From assembly GCA_038870975.1 (NCBI GenBank), contig JAVZJD010000002.1:288001-352000 (forward strand): 64,000 bases of DNA, read 5' to 3'. A model generated the notes under the pieces. The model saw only the letters and a program-made list of their open reading frames with translations, ran no database searches and was not told where the DNA came from. The translations under genes and the position numbers were made by a program. Origin of the DNA: Candidatus Bathyarchaeia archaeon. Its GTDB lineage: Archaea > Thermoproteota > CALKCG01 > B24. This document shows positions 30,308 to 40,279 of the stretch, piece after piece; the first letter of the stretch is position 1; each line of letters begins with the position of its first letter.

Positions 30308-30541
30308 ACATCCTGTAGTAGTAAATTGAAATTTAAAGATATTTCTTGCAGAGAATTCTTACTAGAGAATTATGCTATTAGAGCCCGATCTCAAAATCTC
30401 CATACGGATTCATAAAAATAATACGTTGAAAAGCTACTGCATTAAACAATGTAATAGTGGCTGTTGAAGCGTTTTTAACTTTGGAATTGATAAAAATTTA
30501 AAAAAGAGAAGATGTTCTTTTAGCTGTCAGAGATTCTATAC

Positions 30542-33500
30542 ATGGGGTCTATAAGATTCAGGACAGTTTTAAACATGACATTACTACTGTTAGCTACTGC
30601 TTCATCCTTACCATTAAAGATTCTATGCAACTTTGTCCAAAACTCATGGGGAGGTTTAGCGTCTATAGAAATGGATAATGTCATGAGACATGTCGAGTTC
30701 TTTTCATCAGTTGAAAGCAGGATGACAGGCTACCTCGGTTTCTACAAGGCTTCAGAGTATATAACTGAGGAATTTAATAAAACGTTAGGAAATGTTGTTA
30801 TAGAGGAATTTGAAGTAACAGCTCCTATTCAACATTTTGCAGAAATCTATATAGAATCTCCAGAACGTAGAGTTTTAAAGGCTTATACCTTCTGGCCAAA
30901 TTTAGCTGAGTCGTGCTCTACGTCAGAGGATGGATTAAGAGGTCCACTATACTATGTAGGCTATGGAACTCTGAGTGAAATGAATGGGAAGCCGATAGAT
31001 GGTTCTATCGTTCTAATGGAGCTGAACAATAGGTGGTTCTGGAGAATAGCTCTCAATATGGGTGCTAAAGCAGCTATCTTCATAGAGCCTGAAGACTCCT
31101 TCCGAGGTGACTACTGGGCGAAGACTCTGCAAATACCGATAAATTTCCCTAGACTTTACATAACACGGGAAGATGGAGAATATTTGAAGAAGCTCGTTGA
31201 GAACTATGGAAATCTAACGGTAACAGTAAAGTCTTATACAACTTGGGAGAAAGTTAAAGCCTATAATATATTAGCTGAAGTTAAAGGTACTGACCCTGAG
31301 CTATCTAAGGAATACATAGTCCTTGCGGCATACTACGACTCACTTTCAATAGTCCCAGCTCTAGCCCCCGGAGCATCAGAATCATTAGGAATATCGCTTC
31401 TACTAGAGCTGGGTAGAGTTTTCAAGGAAAATCCTCCTAAGAGGAGCATACTTTTCGTAGCTTTAGGAGGACACGGTCTGGGATTGGCTGGTGCTAGAGA
31501 ATTCGTGTGGAAGCATTTCCAAGAAATAGGCGAGAAGTACAAGCTATTTATAAGCTTAGACCTCTCTACTGAAAGCTCAGACTTAGCCGTACAGTTTTAC
31601 GGAGGCTTCTACGCGCTCCAGGGGAGCGTGCCAGGATATGAGACAAAATTTCAGTGGTTGAGAGATAAAATCTTCAATGAATACCTTAAACTCTATAGAG
31701 CCTATGGAGGAAGTATTAGGCTTTTCGACTCGCTCGCCTTAACAAATATTTACTATGAGCCTACTCCATTATACGTCGACAGCGAACCTTTCGTATTAGC
31801 CGGAGGCATTGGATTCACTTTCAAAACGTTCAACGTTTTCAGAAGACACCTTTTTACACCTTTGGATAGGCTAGAGGACGTAGAAATAGACAGATTGAAA
31901 CCACAAGCTGAGTTTATAGCTCTAACCCTTAGGATGCTCTGCGAAGAGGCTAGACTCGCAGTACACTCCAAGCCTACAGTGATAGGGGTGGGGTATGGAT
32001 TCGTCACTTTAAGCGGTTATGTTCAAGAGTATAACTTGACGAAAGGATGGTATCAGAAAGTCTCCAATGCACTCGTACAACTACCCTTCTGGCCTACATT
32101 AATAGTTGAAAAAACAGATGAAAACGGATATTTTCAAGTTAAAGGCCTCAGGGCAGGAGCATACTACTGGTTTAACGGTTTCATAGTCGACCAATATGGA
32201 CACGTAATAGGCACAAACGAATATGGAGGCTTTGCCCCCCCACTGCCTAATCTTTTCGGAATAACACTGTACAGACCAGATGCGTTTGTAAATATCAAGG
32301 TGTTCCGATGTGGAAGTATACATATATCCTACGTAGTAGACCCGAGAACCTTTTACACACCCTACGGTTCATACACTGTGTTAAACAATTTCAAAACCCA
32401 CGTGACTTTAATCACCTATGGTCCCGTCTACACAGACGGATATGACTTTCAGATATTCATACCTCCAGATACTCCCGTGGAGGTATTCCTAAGGACAGGA
32501 GGAACTCAAGAAAATTACGCAATTTTACTTAACATAACAGAGTCCAATAAAGATGGTACAGGATACGTAGTTAAACCCGGAGAGACCCTAAGAATAAGAA
32601 ACCTAGTTTTAGAGGCTCCCAGAAGCTTCTACATTTTAAACGAAGAAAGACTGAAAACCCTCCACAGCTTCAACGCCTTCAGCATAAGACCTGAAGAATA
32701 CCACAGGCAAGCCCAAGTCTTGTTGCAAGAAGCCTATGACGCGTTTAAGAGTATGCGTTATAGTGAAGGCTACTATAAAGCTATACATGCCTGGTGTTTA
32801 GAAGCCCATGCTTACAGCGCCATAAAAGACTTCATTATAGACCTAGCCTATAATTCATCCCTAACATACATTTTTACGCTACCTCTGATTATAATGGTAA
32901 CAATGGGGCTTTTAAAGGGGAAAAGCGGAGGGTTGAAGATTTTAACATTCCAATTGATACTCTCGTTATTCTTCATGATGCTCCTATACTTATACAGCCC
33001 TGGTTTCAACGTCGCAACAAACATCTATGTGATGCTGGGCTCCCTTTTCATAGTCACTCTGATAGTTCTTGTCTTAATAGTTCTATGGAGGGAGTTTCTG
33101 ACAACGTTAAACTTTATCAGGAGAAAGTTCATGAGAATCCCCCATGAGGAAAGCGACGCTAGATTAGGTGTTAAAGAGCTAGCGTTTAGAATAAAAAGGT
33201 TTCTTGAAGAAGATAAGGCCAGGTTTTTAACGATAATTATTATCTCCTCTCTAGCTACATGCACTTTCCTACTAACGTCATTCTGCTCAAGTTGTACTTA
33301 CGTTTTTGAAACGCCTGTGAGTTTTAAAGCTGAAGAGTGTAGAATTCTTCTTAGAAAATGGCCTTGGGATGCATTTGCCGAAAGACATGTAGATCTTTTA
33401 CGCATAGAGTTTGCAGATAATGCATTAATTTCTTGCAGAGTGTGGATGTATCCCTCCTATCAAGAACTTAGGATGGATGGAAATTGTACGGTCAAAGGGT

Positions 33501-34807
33501 TTCTAGGACTGTCTTATGAAGAGTTTCTAGTGACGCAGATAAACGGCACTATTGAGCAGGGTGGATGGTTTGAAAGAAACGACCTATTTGCATGCATAGT
33601 AAGCGATGAAATTGCAAAGGCTTTAAACGTTAAACCTGGTGATAGAATTGAAATCTGGGGAATCCCTCTAAAGCTCAGAGGGATATTCAACAGCTCAAAA
33701 ATGGATTCTTTAAGGGATTTAGATGGGGAACCTATAACGCCTAAAGACCTATTTGCTCCATATGGTGAAGAGAGAGCAGTACATCTACCAGCTTCCTCAG
33801 TCGTTATAGTTCCCTATGAGCTGGCTATGAAGATGGGTGGTACCATATATAGTGTAACGATAAAACCCTATGATTTAGACCTCATACACCACATCGCAAG
33901 GTCTCTAGCTTACAGATCTCTTGGAGTTTATGTGTATGCTTCCAGTTCGGAATATGTAAAGCTTTACTGGTCAAGGATGGGTTATAGAATTATATTCCTA
34001 GATGAGTCTTTAACCGTCTTTCTGAGTTTAAGCTTCATAGTGGTAGGGTTCTACACAAGCTATAGAGTAAGATCTCGATACGTAGATGTGAGGGCGAGAA
34101 CAATACTGATTAAAGCAGTTTTACTCGGGCTTACAGCATATCCAGTAGGTCTATTCTTCGGACAATTATTATCCATATTTTTCTACAGAATTGGGATTCT
34201 ACCTGGGGATGTAAAGCCTAACTTTTCCACCTTTTCACTACTAGTTGCTCTACTTCCAGCAATAGCAACTTCTCTCTCATTTTACGGAAGTTCCTTCCTC
34301 TCTTTCGTGGAGAAGGCATTGTTGGAAACGTTGAGGATGAGGGAAGTTTTGAGACATGGTAGAGAATACCGATTAAGCAAAAAGGTCCTAAGTGGTTTAG
34401 AAGAGAGGAGTGTTTTAGGAATCATGGCTTTCATAGGTGAGCAGTTCAAATTATACATGGAAGAGCGCTATGAAGGCTTTCAAACTTTAGATATAGGTTT
34501 CTTTAGCGTAGAAAATTTAAAGAGGCTTAAACTGGTTGTGCAGATGGCTCCATGGGAGTTTGGCATAATCTCAAACACAACGCTTGAAGCGATCAAAGGT
34601 GAAAATGAACTGTACGATTTAGTAATATCTGTAAGGTGTAGGGGCGGTCTTGAGGATAGACATTTAGGAGGAATTTTTAATAAAATCTTAACCATGTTGA
34701 ATCAATGGAGCCGTTTGGATAAGTCTTCACAGAAATACTACATTGAAAATGCTTTGACGATTTTAGGAGAGCATGTTATGAGGAGGGATCTGCATGAGAG
34801 GCTTTAG
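30542..34807 (+). CDS. Large membrane protein: PA/M28-like ectodomain fused to MacB/FtsX-type permease
   Basis: Signal peptide; SRMTGY.G, NILAEVKG..IVLAAYYDS..APGA (M28 fold); TM bundle; MacB-like extracellular domain (IVSDEIAKALNVKPGD, DLDGEPITP); further TMs. Confidence 0.85.
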   Translation: MGSIRFRTVLNMTLLLLATASSLPLKILCNFVQNSWGGLASIEMDNVMRHVEFFSSVESRMTGYLGFYKASEYITEEFNKTLGNVVIEEFEVTAPIQHFAEIYIESPERRVLKAYTFWPNLAESCSTSEDGLRGPLYYVGYGTLSEMNGKPIDGSIVLMELNNRWFWRIALNMGAKAAIFIEPEDSFRGDYWAKTLQIPINFPRLYITREDGEYLKKLVENYGNLTVTVKSYTTWEKVKAYNILAEVKGTDPELSKEYIVLAAYYDSLSIVPALAPGASESLGISLLLELGRVFKENPPKRSILFVALGGHGLGLAGAREFVWKHFQEIGEKYKLFISLDLSTESSDLAVQFYGGFYALQGSVPGYETKFQWLRDKIFNEYLKLYRAYGGSIRLFDSLALTNIYYEPTPLYVDSEPFVLAGGIGFTFKTFNVFRRHLFTPLDRLEDVEIDRLKPQAEFIALTLRMLCEEARLAVHSKPTVIGVGYGFVTLSGYVQEYNLTKGWYQKVSNALVQLPFWPTLIVEKTDENGYFQVKGLRAGAYYWFNGFIVDQYGHVIGTNEYGGFAPPLPNLFGITLYRPDAFVNIKVFRCGSIHISYVVDPRTFYTPYGSYTVLNNFKTHVTLITYGPVYTDGYDFQIFIPPDTPVEVFLRTGGTQENYAILLNITESNKDGTGYVVKPGETLRIRNLVLEAPRSFYILNEERLKTLHSFNAFSIRPEEYHRQAQVLLQEAYDAFKSMRYSEGYYKAIHAWCLEAHAYSAIKDFIIDLAYNSSLTYIFTLPLIIMVTMGLLKGKSGGLKILTFQLILSLFFMMLLYLYSPGFNVATNIYVMLGSLFIVTLIVLVLIVLWREFLTTLNFIRRKFMRIPHEESDARLGVKELAFRIKRFLEEDKARFLTIIIISSLATCTFLLTSFCSSCTYVFETPVSFKAEECRILLRKWPWDAFAERHVDLLRIEFADNALISCRVWMYPSYQELRMDGNCTVKGFLGLSYEEFLVTQINGTIEQGGWFERNDLFACIVSDEIAKALNVKPGDRIEIWGIPLKLRGIFNSSKMDSLRDLDGEPITPKDLFAPYGEERAVHLPASSVVIVPYELAMKMGGTIYSVTIKPYDLDLIHHIARSLAYRSLGVYVYASSSEYVKLYWSRMGYRIIFLDESLTVFLSLSFIVVGFYTSYRVRSRYVDVRARTILIKAVLLGLTAYPVGLFFGQLLSIFFYRIGILPGDVKPNFSTFSLLVALLPAIATSLSFYGSSFLSFVEKALLETLRMREVLRHGREYRLSKKVLSGLEERSVLGIMAFIGEQFKLYMEERYEGFQTLDIGFFSVENLKRLKLVVQMAPWEFGIISNTTLEAIKGENELYDLVISVRCRGGLEDRHLGGIFNKILTMLNQWSRLDKSSQKYYIENALTILGEHVMRRDLHERL

Positions 34808-36695
34808 AGGCCTCAGCCCTAGAGTATTGGTTATAATGCTTTTCACAGCCTTTGTAGTAGAGCCGATCGTAATATATAACTACCTCATAGGCGGTGCCTT
34901 TGGAGGCTTAGAGGCTTGGATTATAACGATACTTCTCGTTGAGATAACAAGTATAACTGGGAATGTTTTGACTATGCAAGAGGCGTTTATGATAAATACA
35001 GTTGTTGGGTTGATATTAGCTAGGTCTCTATTGTTTCCAACGACGCTCCTTTATGATATGTTCTATGCCTTTCACCAGGTGACGAGGGATTTCGGATATG
35101 CTAGTCAATTGCCTTACTGGTTTACAGTGCCTCCTGAATCCCTAGTTGCGAAGGGTCTTCTTAGGACATTTTTCACGATTGAATGGGCTATTCCATTAAC
35201 GGTACTGCTAACACAGATCACAATAAACTTGGTAATGGCATTATCTATGGGGATTATATGCTATGAGATATACGTGGTTGTCGAAAAATTGGAGTTCCCA
35301 CTTCAAGCAGCGGCAGCTGAAGGTATAATTACGGTTACAGGAGGAGACCCAGAGAGAAGTAGAGTTTTTGCAATATCGGCTTTCATAGGAGGGATATATG
35401 CGCTTTTAAGCTGGTTCATTCCCGTGGTCGTAAACTGGCAGATTCCATCTCTAGTCTACATATTTGACTGGGAGTTTACAAATTTAATAGAATATTGGCG
35501 TAATATACCCATTCTTCCGGGTGCGTCGCTCGCCATAAACGTAAACCTTTTAACTTTTGCATCTGGGCTTGTAATTCCTCTAGATGTATGTATCTGGATG
35601 TTTATAGGCTCTCAAATCCTATACTTCATAGGGAATGCTCTCCTAGTTAGATGGAACCTCTGGACTCAGGTTGAGGTTGGAGCATGGTACCAAGGAGCAG
35701 GAGTATACTATAACGTTAGATGGTCTCAGTTCAACTATTGGGCTGCTTTAGGCTTAGGTTTTGCATTGGCAGGTTCCATTATTCCAATCATAATGCGGCC
35801 TAGTGGAATAGCTAAGGCATTTAAATCCTTGTATAGGCTGGTTGAGTCTGAACGAACTGGAGATATCGTACCCTTATGGCTAGTCTTAACGATGTTTATT
35901 TCAGCATCTATAACCTACGTTGTTCTACTTGTATTTCTTCTTCCAAAAATCACTTACGGACAGTTACTGCTCTTAGCATTGACATTCATAGGTGGGAGCT
36001 TTTTCATAACACTTATATCTGCTACTACGACTGGTGTAACAAGTTATGGATTTAACATCCCATATTTAAGGGAGGGCATCATCTTAACTACTAGATACCC
36101 AGGACTTGAAATATGGTTTTCACCTGTTGGAATAAATATTGACGGTGCAGGCATAGCCGCCTCCATGAAGACAGCTACGATGACTGGTGTAAAATTAAAA
36201 GAGTTTTTAACGGCATATCTTATCTCCATTATTCTAGGACTTCTATCTAGTCTTATATTCACACAGGTGTTCTGGAGTTTAAATCCAATACCCTCATGGG
36301 CCTACCCAAATACAGCCTATGGATGGCACTTCTCAGTCTACGACCGAAACTTAAATCTTAAATGGTTTATGTCGGGTCAAATACTTAAACCGCCTCTAAT
36401 TCTCGGCGGCTTCATAGCCGGAGCCGGACTTTACTTGTTATTCAACTTTTTGGGTGTTACAAACTGGTTTTTTGCGATGCTCTCAGGCTTTGTTACGTAT
36501 CCCAATGTAGCATTATCAATTATGCTGAGCGCTTTCATCAGCAGGTATGTTTTTGCTAGAATTTTTGGATTAGAAACTTGGAGAAAATATGCGCCAAATG
36601 TGACAGTAGGATTATCGGCGGGATGGGGAATTGTAACTACACTAGGTGGAATAATAAATCTGATTTCAAGAAGCGCATGGATATTGCCATATTAG
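34794..36695 (+). CDS. OPT/YSL-superfamily transporter
   Basis: About 14+ TM; LTMQE, EKLEFP motif, PIPSWAYP; overlaps upstream gene. Confidence 0.75.
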   Translation: MRGFRGLSPRVLVIMLFTAFVVEPIVIYNYLIGGAFGGLEAWIITILLVEITSITGNVLTMQEAFMINTVVGLILARSLLFPTTLLYDMFYAFHQVTRDFGYASQLPYWFTVPPESLVAKGLLRTFFTIEWAIPLTVLLTQITINLVMALSMGIICYEIYVVVEKLEFPLQAAAAEGIITVTGGDPERSRVFAISAFIGGIYALLSWFIPVVVNWQIPSLVYIFDWEFTNLIEYWRNIPILPGASLAINVNLLTFASGLVIPLDVCIWMFIGSQILYFIGNALLVRWNLWTQVEVGAWYQGAGVYYNVRWSQFNYWAALGLGFALAGSIIPIIMRPSGIAKAFKSLYRLVESERTGDIVPLWLVLTMFISASITYVVLLVFLLPKITYGQLLLLALTFIGGSFFITLISATTTGVTSYGFNIPYLREGIILTTRYPGLEIWFSPVGINIDGAGIAASMKTATMTGVKLKEFLTAYLISIILGLLSSLIFTQVFWSLNPIPSWAYPNTAYGWHFSVYDRNLNLKWFMSGQILKPPLILGGFIAGAGLYLLFNFLGVTNWFFAMLSGFVTYPNVALSIMLSAFISRYVFARIFGLETWRKYAPNVTVGLSAGWGIVTTLGGIINLISRSAWILPY

Positions 36696-36704
36696 GAGGA
36701 GGAG

Positions 36705-38639
36705 ATGTTGAAGAAAGGAGGTATTCAATTAAATACGCCGAGAATACTGTTAGCACTAACGCTAACGGCTTTTTGGAGTGTCTTTGGAGCTATTTTAACA
36801 ATAGTATTAGGAAGCTCACATGGATATACTTCTTACGATGGATTTGCTCTATCCACTACTACCACTCTACTAGCATTACATGCTGTAGGCTTATATAAGA
36901 AGGAACCTATTAGTGTTGAAACATACGCTTCGGTTTTGATAGCCCTCTCCTCCTCCACAATTGTATGTAGTTTCTGGAGTTTTAGTAGCACCTTCATAAG
37001 AAGCTTCTATATTAGGGTCATGGAGCCGTATAGAACGCTCTTTGGAATACATATGCCATACTTCTGGGCTCCAGAGACAGAAACTATAAACTATATACTT
37101 CTTGGGGGGAAAGAATTTCCGGTTTTAGAATTAACTCCCTCCATAATCTTCTGGATTTGTCTAACAGTTTTCTCCTACATATTCTTCATAGGATCTGCTT
37201 TAATATTTAGAGATGCTTTCTTAGAGGTCGAAAAACTCCCATTCCCCCATACTCAAGTTTACTTAGAATTAACTCCGTACTCTTCCATGCGGCGATTTTC
37301 GAAGGGAACATTTAAGGCAGGGCTAATATTCGTATTAATCCTTCAAGTACCCTATATAATTAGGCAGGCTATACCATGGTTTCCAGTTGTACCAATAAAT
37401 TGGGGGCAGGTTTTCCCATTTACTGTAGACTTCTCTGAGGTTAAAGAGGTCAGAGAAATATATTTACCCAATTCCGTTTTAACGTTCGGATATAATCCAT
37501 GGCATATAGCTCTGGCTTATCTAGCACCTATGGATACGACTCTATCGGTATGGCTTTCATTTTTACTTCTCCAAGTGATCTACCCCGCTCTAGCCACATG
37601 GATGGGAATAATACCTATGAATACTTCTAGGGTTACTTTTCAATCTGCTAGAAACTGGCGTTGGATTAACCTTATGTACGGACCACTTAAACCCTATATA
37701 ACTATAGGATTAGGTGGGCTTATAGGTATAGGTGTTTGGCCTATAATACTCGACTTAGCATTTAGAGGGGGACGAAGAGTTTTCTTTGAAAGAACTGGAG
37801 TGATTTCGATATTACTAGGCTTAGCTGGCTTATCATACCTAGCTTATTTGAACAATTCCCCTATACCTCAGACACTAGTTGGGTTTTTAATTCTACTGAG
37901 TATTGCTTTAGGCTTAATAAGAATCCGGGGCGAGGCGGGGCTTTTAATACCACCCATTTCAAAGCCTCTAAATACCGCGTTCTGGTATAGGCTTTATACT
38001 TGGAAAACCATGGACTCAACCTACTTTGCATACTTGCACACTTTTGGGGGAATTTATAGCTCTGAAGCTGGAATTAGCTTTATGTCAATACCATCTCTAT
38101 CGATGGAGACACTTAAGACAATGAAGAGTTGGAAGATAGAAGATATGGGTGGGTTTTACATTCTCTCTCTAGCGTCGATAATAGTAGCGTCCTCTGTATA
38201 CTTTCTATGCTCACTAGAGCTCTTCAATGCATACGGAGTTTCCGCATTCCCAGGGTCGAAAAGACTATTCTATGAAACGGTAAAAGATGAATCAGACTTC
38301 CTTATAACAGCTGTTTCAACGTACCCACCTTGGCCCTGGTGGCAAAACATAGTATCTGGCTTATTAGGCGTAGGCATAATAATGATATTGGGATTTACAT
38401 TTCCATGGTTTCCCATAACACCAGAGGGGTTGGTAATATCATCTACGGAGGTTGCAATGCAAGGATTCTGGAGTAGCTGTTTAATAGCTTGGATTCTGAA
38501 GAAACTGACTTTCGCTGTAGGAGGGGCCTATCTTTACGAGCGCGATGGAAAATCTATGGCTATAGGGATAATACTTGGCTACATTTTAACAACGGTATTA
38601 AGTATACTGGTATCTTTAATCTTAGTAGTCTACCATTAA
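36705..38639 (+). CDS. OPT-like multi-pass membrane protein (DUF6785/DUF6784-like)
   Basis: Many TM; EKLPFP motif shared with neighbour; WILKKL..GG..LY C-terminal motif; SD GGAGGAGG. Confidence 0.7.
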   Translation: MLKKGGIQLNTPRILLALTLTAFWSVFGAILTIVLGSSHGYTSYDGFALSTTTTLLALHAVGLYKKEPISVETYASVLIALSSSTIVCSFWSFSSTFIRSFYIRVMEPYRTLFGIHMPYFWAPETETINYILLGGKEFPVLELTPSIIFWICLTVFSYIFFIGSALIFRDAFLEVEKLPFPHTQVYLELTPYSSMRRFSKGTFKAGLIFVLILQVPYIIRQAIPWFPVVPINWGQVFPFTVDFSEVKEVREIYLPNSVLTFGYNPWHIALAYLAPMDTTLSVWLSFLLLQVIYPALATWMGIIPMNTSRVTFQSARNWRWINLMYGPLKPYITIGLGGLIGIGVWPIILDLAFRGGRRVFFERTGVISILLGLAGLSYLAYLNNSPIPQTLVGFLILLSIALGLIRIRGEAGLLIPPISKPLNTAFWYRLYTWKTMDSTYFAYLHTFGGIYSSEAGISFMSIPSLSMETLKTMKSWKIEDMGGFYILSLASIIVASSVYFLCSLELFNAYGVSAFPGSKRLFYETVKDESDFLITAVSTYPPWPWWQNIVSGLLGVGIIMILGFTFPWFPITPEGLVISSTEVAMQGFWSSCLIAWILKKLTFAVGGAYLYERDGKSMAIGIILGYILTTVLSILVSLILVVYH

Positions 38640-38808
38640 CCTCTTACTGCTCTCAAAAATAGGGGAATCGTCAATCGCCTATAGCTCGATTGAATATAAT
38701 TTCTGTACCTTCCATTTAAGCCATAAATATATAATCAACGTCTTTTCAAAATCAGTATGAAGATTGGGACTTTAAAGTTTTATCTAAGCTCTAAGTAGAG
38801 TTAATGGG

Positions 38809-39099
38809 ATGTCAAAAGTCGAAGGGACCTTGGTGAAACCCGAACAATTAAAAAAGATTTTTGAAGGAATTGTATTAATGGTAATTTCTACTTTGGCAGT
38901 CATATCAGCCGTAGCTTCATATGCGTCCACCACTGAAGAGAATTTTACATCGATATTTACTTATTCTCTACTATCGTCAATAGGGTTAACAGTTGTACTT
39001 CTATTTCTGAATAAAAATAGGTTAAAAGAACTATTAGATTTAAGAAAAACTGTTCTAAAAACAATATTATGGATTAAGAGAATCTTTAGAATAATTTAG
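38809..39099 (+). CDS. Small two-TM membrane protein
   Basis: Two hydrophobic helices, basic tail. Confidence 0.55.
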   Translation: MSKVEGTLVKPEQLKKIFEGIVLMVISTLAVISAVASYASTTEENFTSIFTYSLLSSIGLTVVLLFLNKNRLKELLDLRKTVLKTILWIKRIFRII

Positions 39100-39192
39100 T
39101 AGAAGACGATGCTTTTTTAATTCTATTCAGATTAGAACGACCGAGACTAGGCTCTATAAACATACGATAGCTTACACTTTCAAGTGAAACAA

Positions 39193-39500
39193 TCATGGAA
39201 TTATCTCCGTGTTTAAATTCAGCCAACATCTATCCTTGCACTTTTTAAACCCGATCTTTACGTATACGTGTTTTGCAGGAGCATTATCGCACGGAGTCCC
39301 AAACCTACGTATTTTACATTTTTTTCATATTTAAGAGTCTCTTCTACGGCCTTTAAGACCTATGAAGCGGCGAAACCCATACCTCTGTACTTCTGACTTG
39401 TGAATACTTTTCCAATCCAGCACACCTCAGGTATATGAAACAGTAGTTTCTCCAGTTGAACCACTGAAACAAGCCGCCCATCCATGAAAGATTCCACTGG
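39193..39500 (-). pseudogene. GNAT acetyltransferase remnant
   Basis: IGKVFTSQKYRGMGFA (motif A), internal stop, VLKAVEETLK..VGLG, frameshift to DNAPAKHVYVKIGFKK..IIP*. Confidence 0.7.
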
Positions 39501-39576
39501 TAATATTGTTAAGTGCGTAAGCTTCGAAGTCTTATCGAGTCCTCCATCGTCAGGATAGATTAAAGTCTGCAAATGA

Positions 39577-39812
39577 TTGCTCTGCATTCGTAAGGCAGAA
39601 GTTAAGGATGCCTTAGAAGTTTTATCTATCTATTATAATATCGAAGCAATACTGATGCTTATCGTAAAATCATTCCAGCAGAATACTTTAAAGAGAGTGA
39701 GGAAATGCAATTTTATGTTTACGATTTGGAAGGCACTATTTTGGGTGTTGCTGCTCCGTAGGTTGAGAAAGGTCATGCTAACGTTCGTTGTGTCTACGTT
39801 CTACTGGAGAGT
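39577..39812 (+). pseudogene. Second GNAT acetyltransferase remnant (N-terminal part)
   Basis: IRKAEVKDALEVLSI / SNTDAYRKIIPAEYFKE..FYVYDLEGTILGVAAP*VEKGHANVRCVYVL, truncated at the PaREP1 3' end. Confidence 0.6.
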
Positions 39813-40279
39813 TTTTCGCCGAGGGATGAGACCAGCTTATTCACTTCTTCCAGCGCATCTTTAACGTCTTCTTTTGTTGCAAGGTTCTCGTAGAAATTTT
39901 TATGCATTGAGTCTGCCTTCATGAAGGCTGTTCTAACCCATTCGCCAAGCTCCTTTACAACTTCATTCTTATATGTCCAGAGGTCTGCGTGGCTCTCAAT
40001 CTTTCTGCCTCCCTTGTAGAGAGCGTGGGCCTTTATTGCTAGGGCACATGCACCCCAAATCTTCTCTGAGGCTTGTTTAAGATCCTCCCTCTCAAACTCT
40101 AAGCGAGCCTGATGAATTAAGTCTGCTGCACCCTCAATATATTTTCTGAAGGATACTGAAGGATCTAAGTCGCCGACGGCTATTTCAAGTATATACTCGC
40201 ATAAACTTATCCCCCTCTCTTCAGCTTTCCTTCTTAGCTCCTTAAGCGCAACTTCAGGCACAAATACTTGGATACTCAT
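39794..40279 (-). CDS. PaREP1-family (HEPN-like) protein with N-terminal RHH-like segment
   Basis: EDLKQASEKIWGACALAIKA, SHADLW, ADSMHKNFYE. Confidence 0.9.
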   Translation of the reverse strand: MSIQVFVPEVALKELRRKAEERGISLCEYILEIAVGDLDPSVSFRKYIEGAADLIHQARLEFEREDLKQASEKIWGACALAIKAHALYKGGRKIESHADLWTYKNEVVKELGEWVRTAFMKADSMHKNFYENLATKEDVKDALEEVNKLVSSLGEKLSSRT

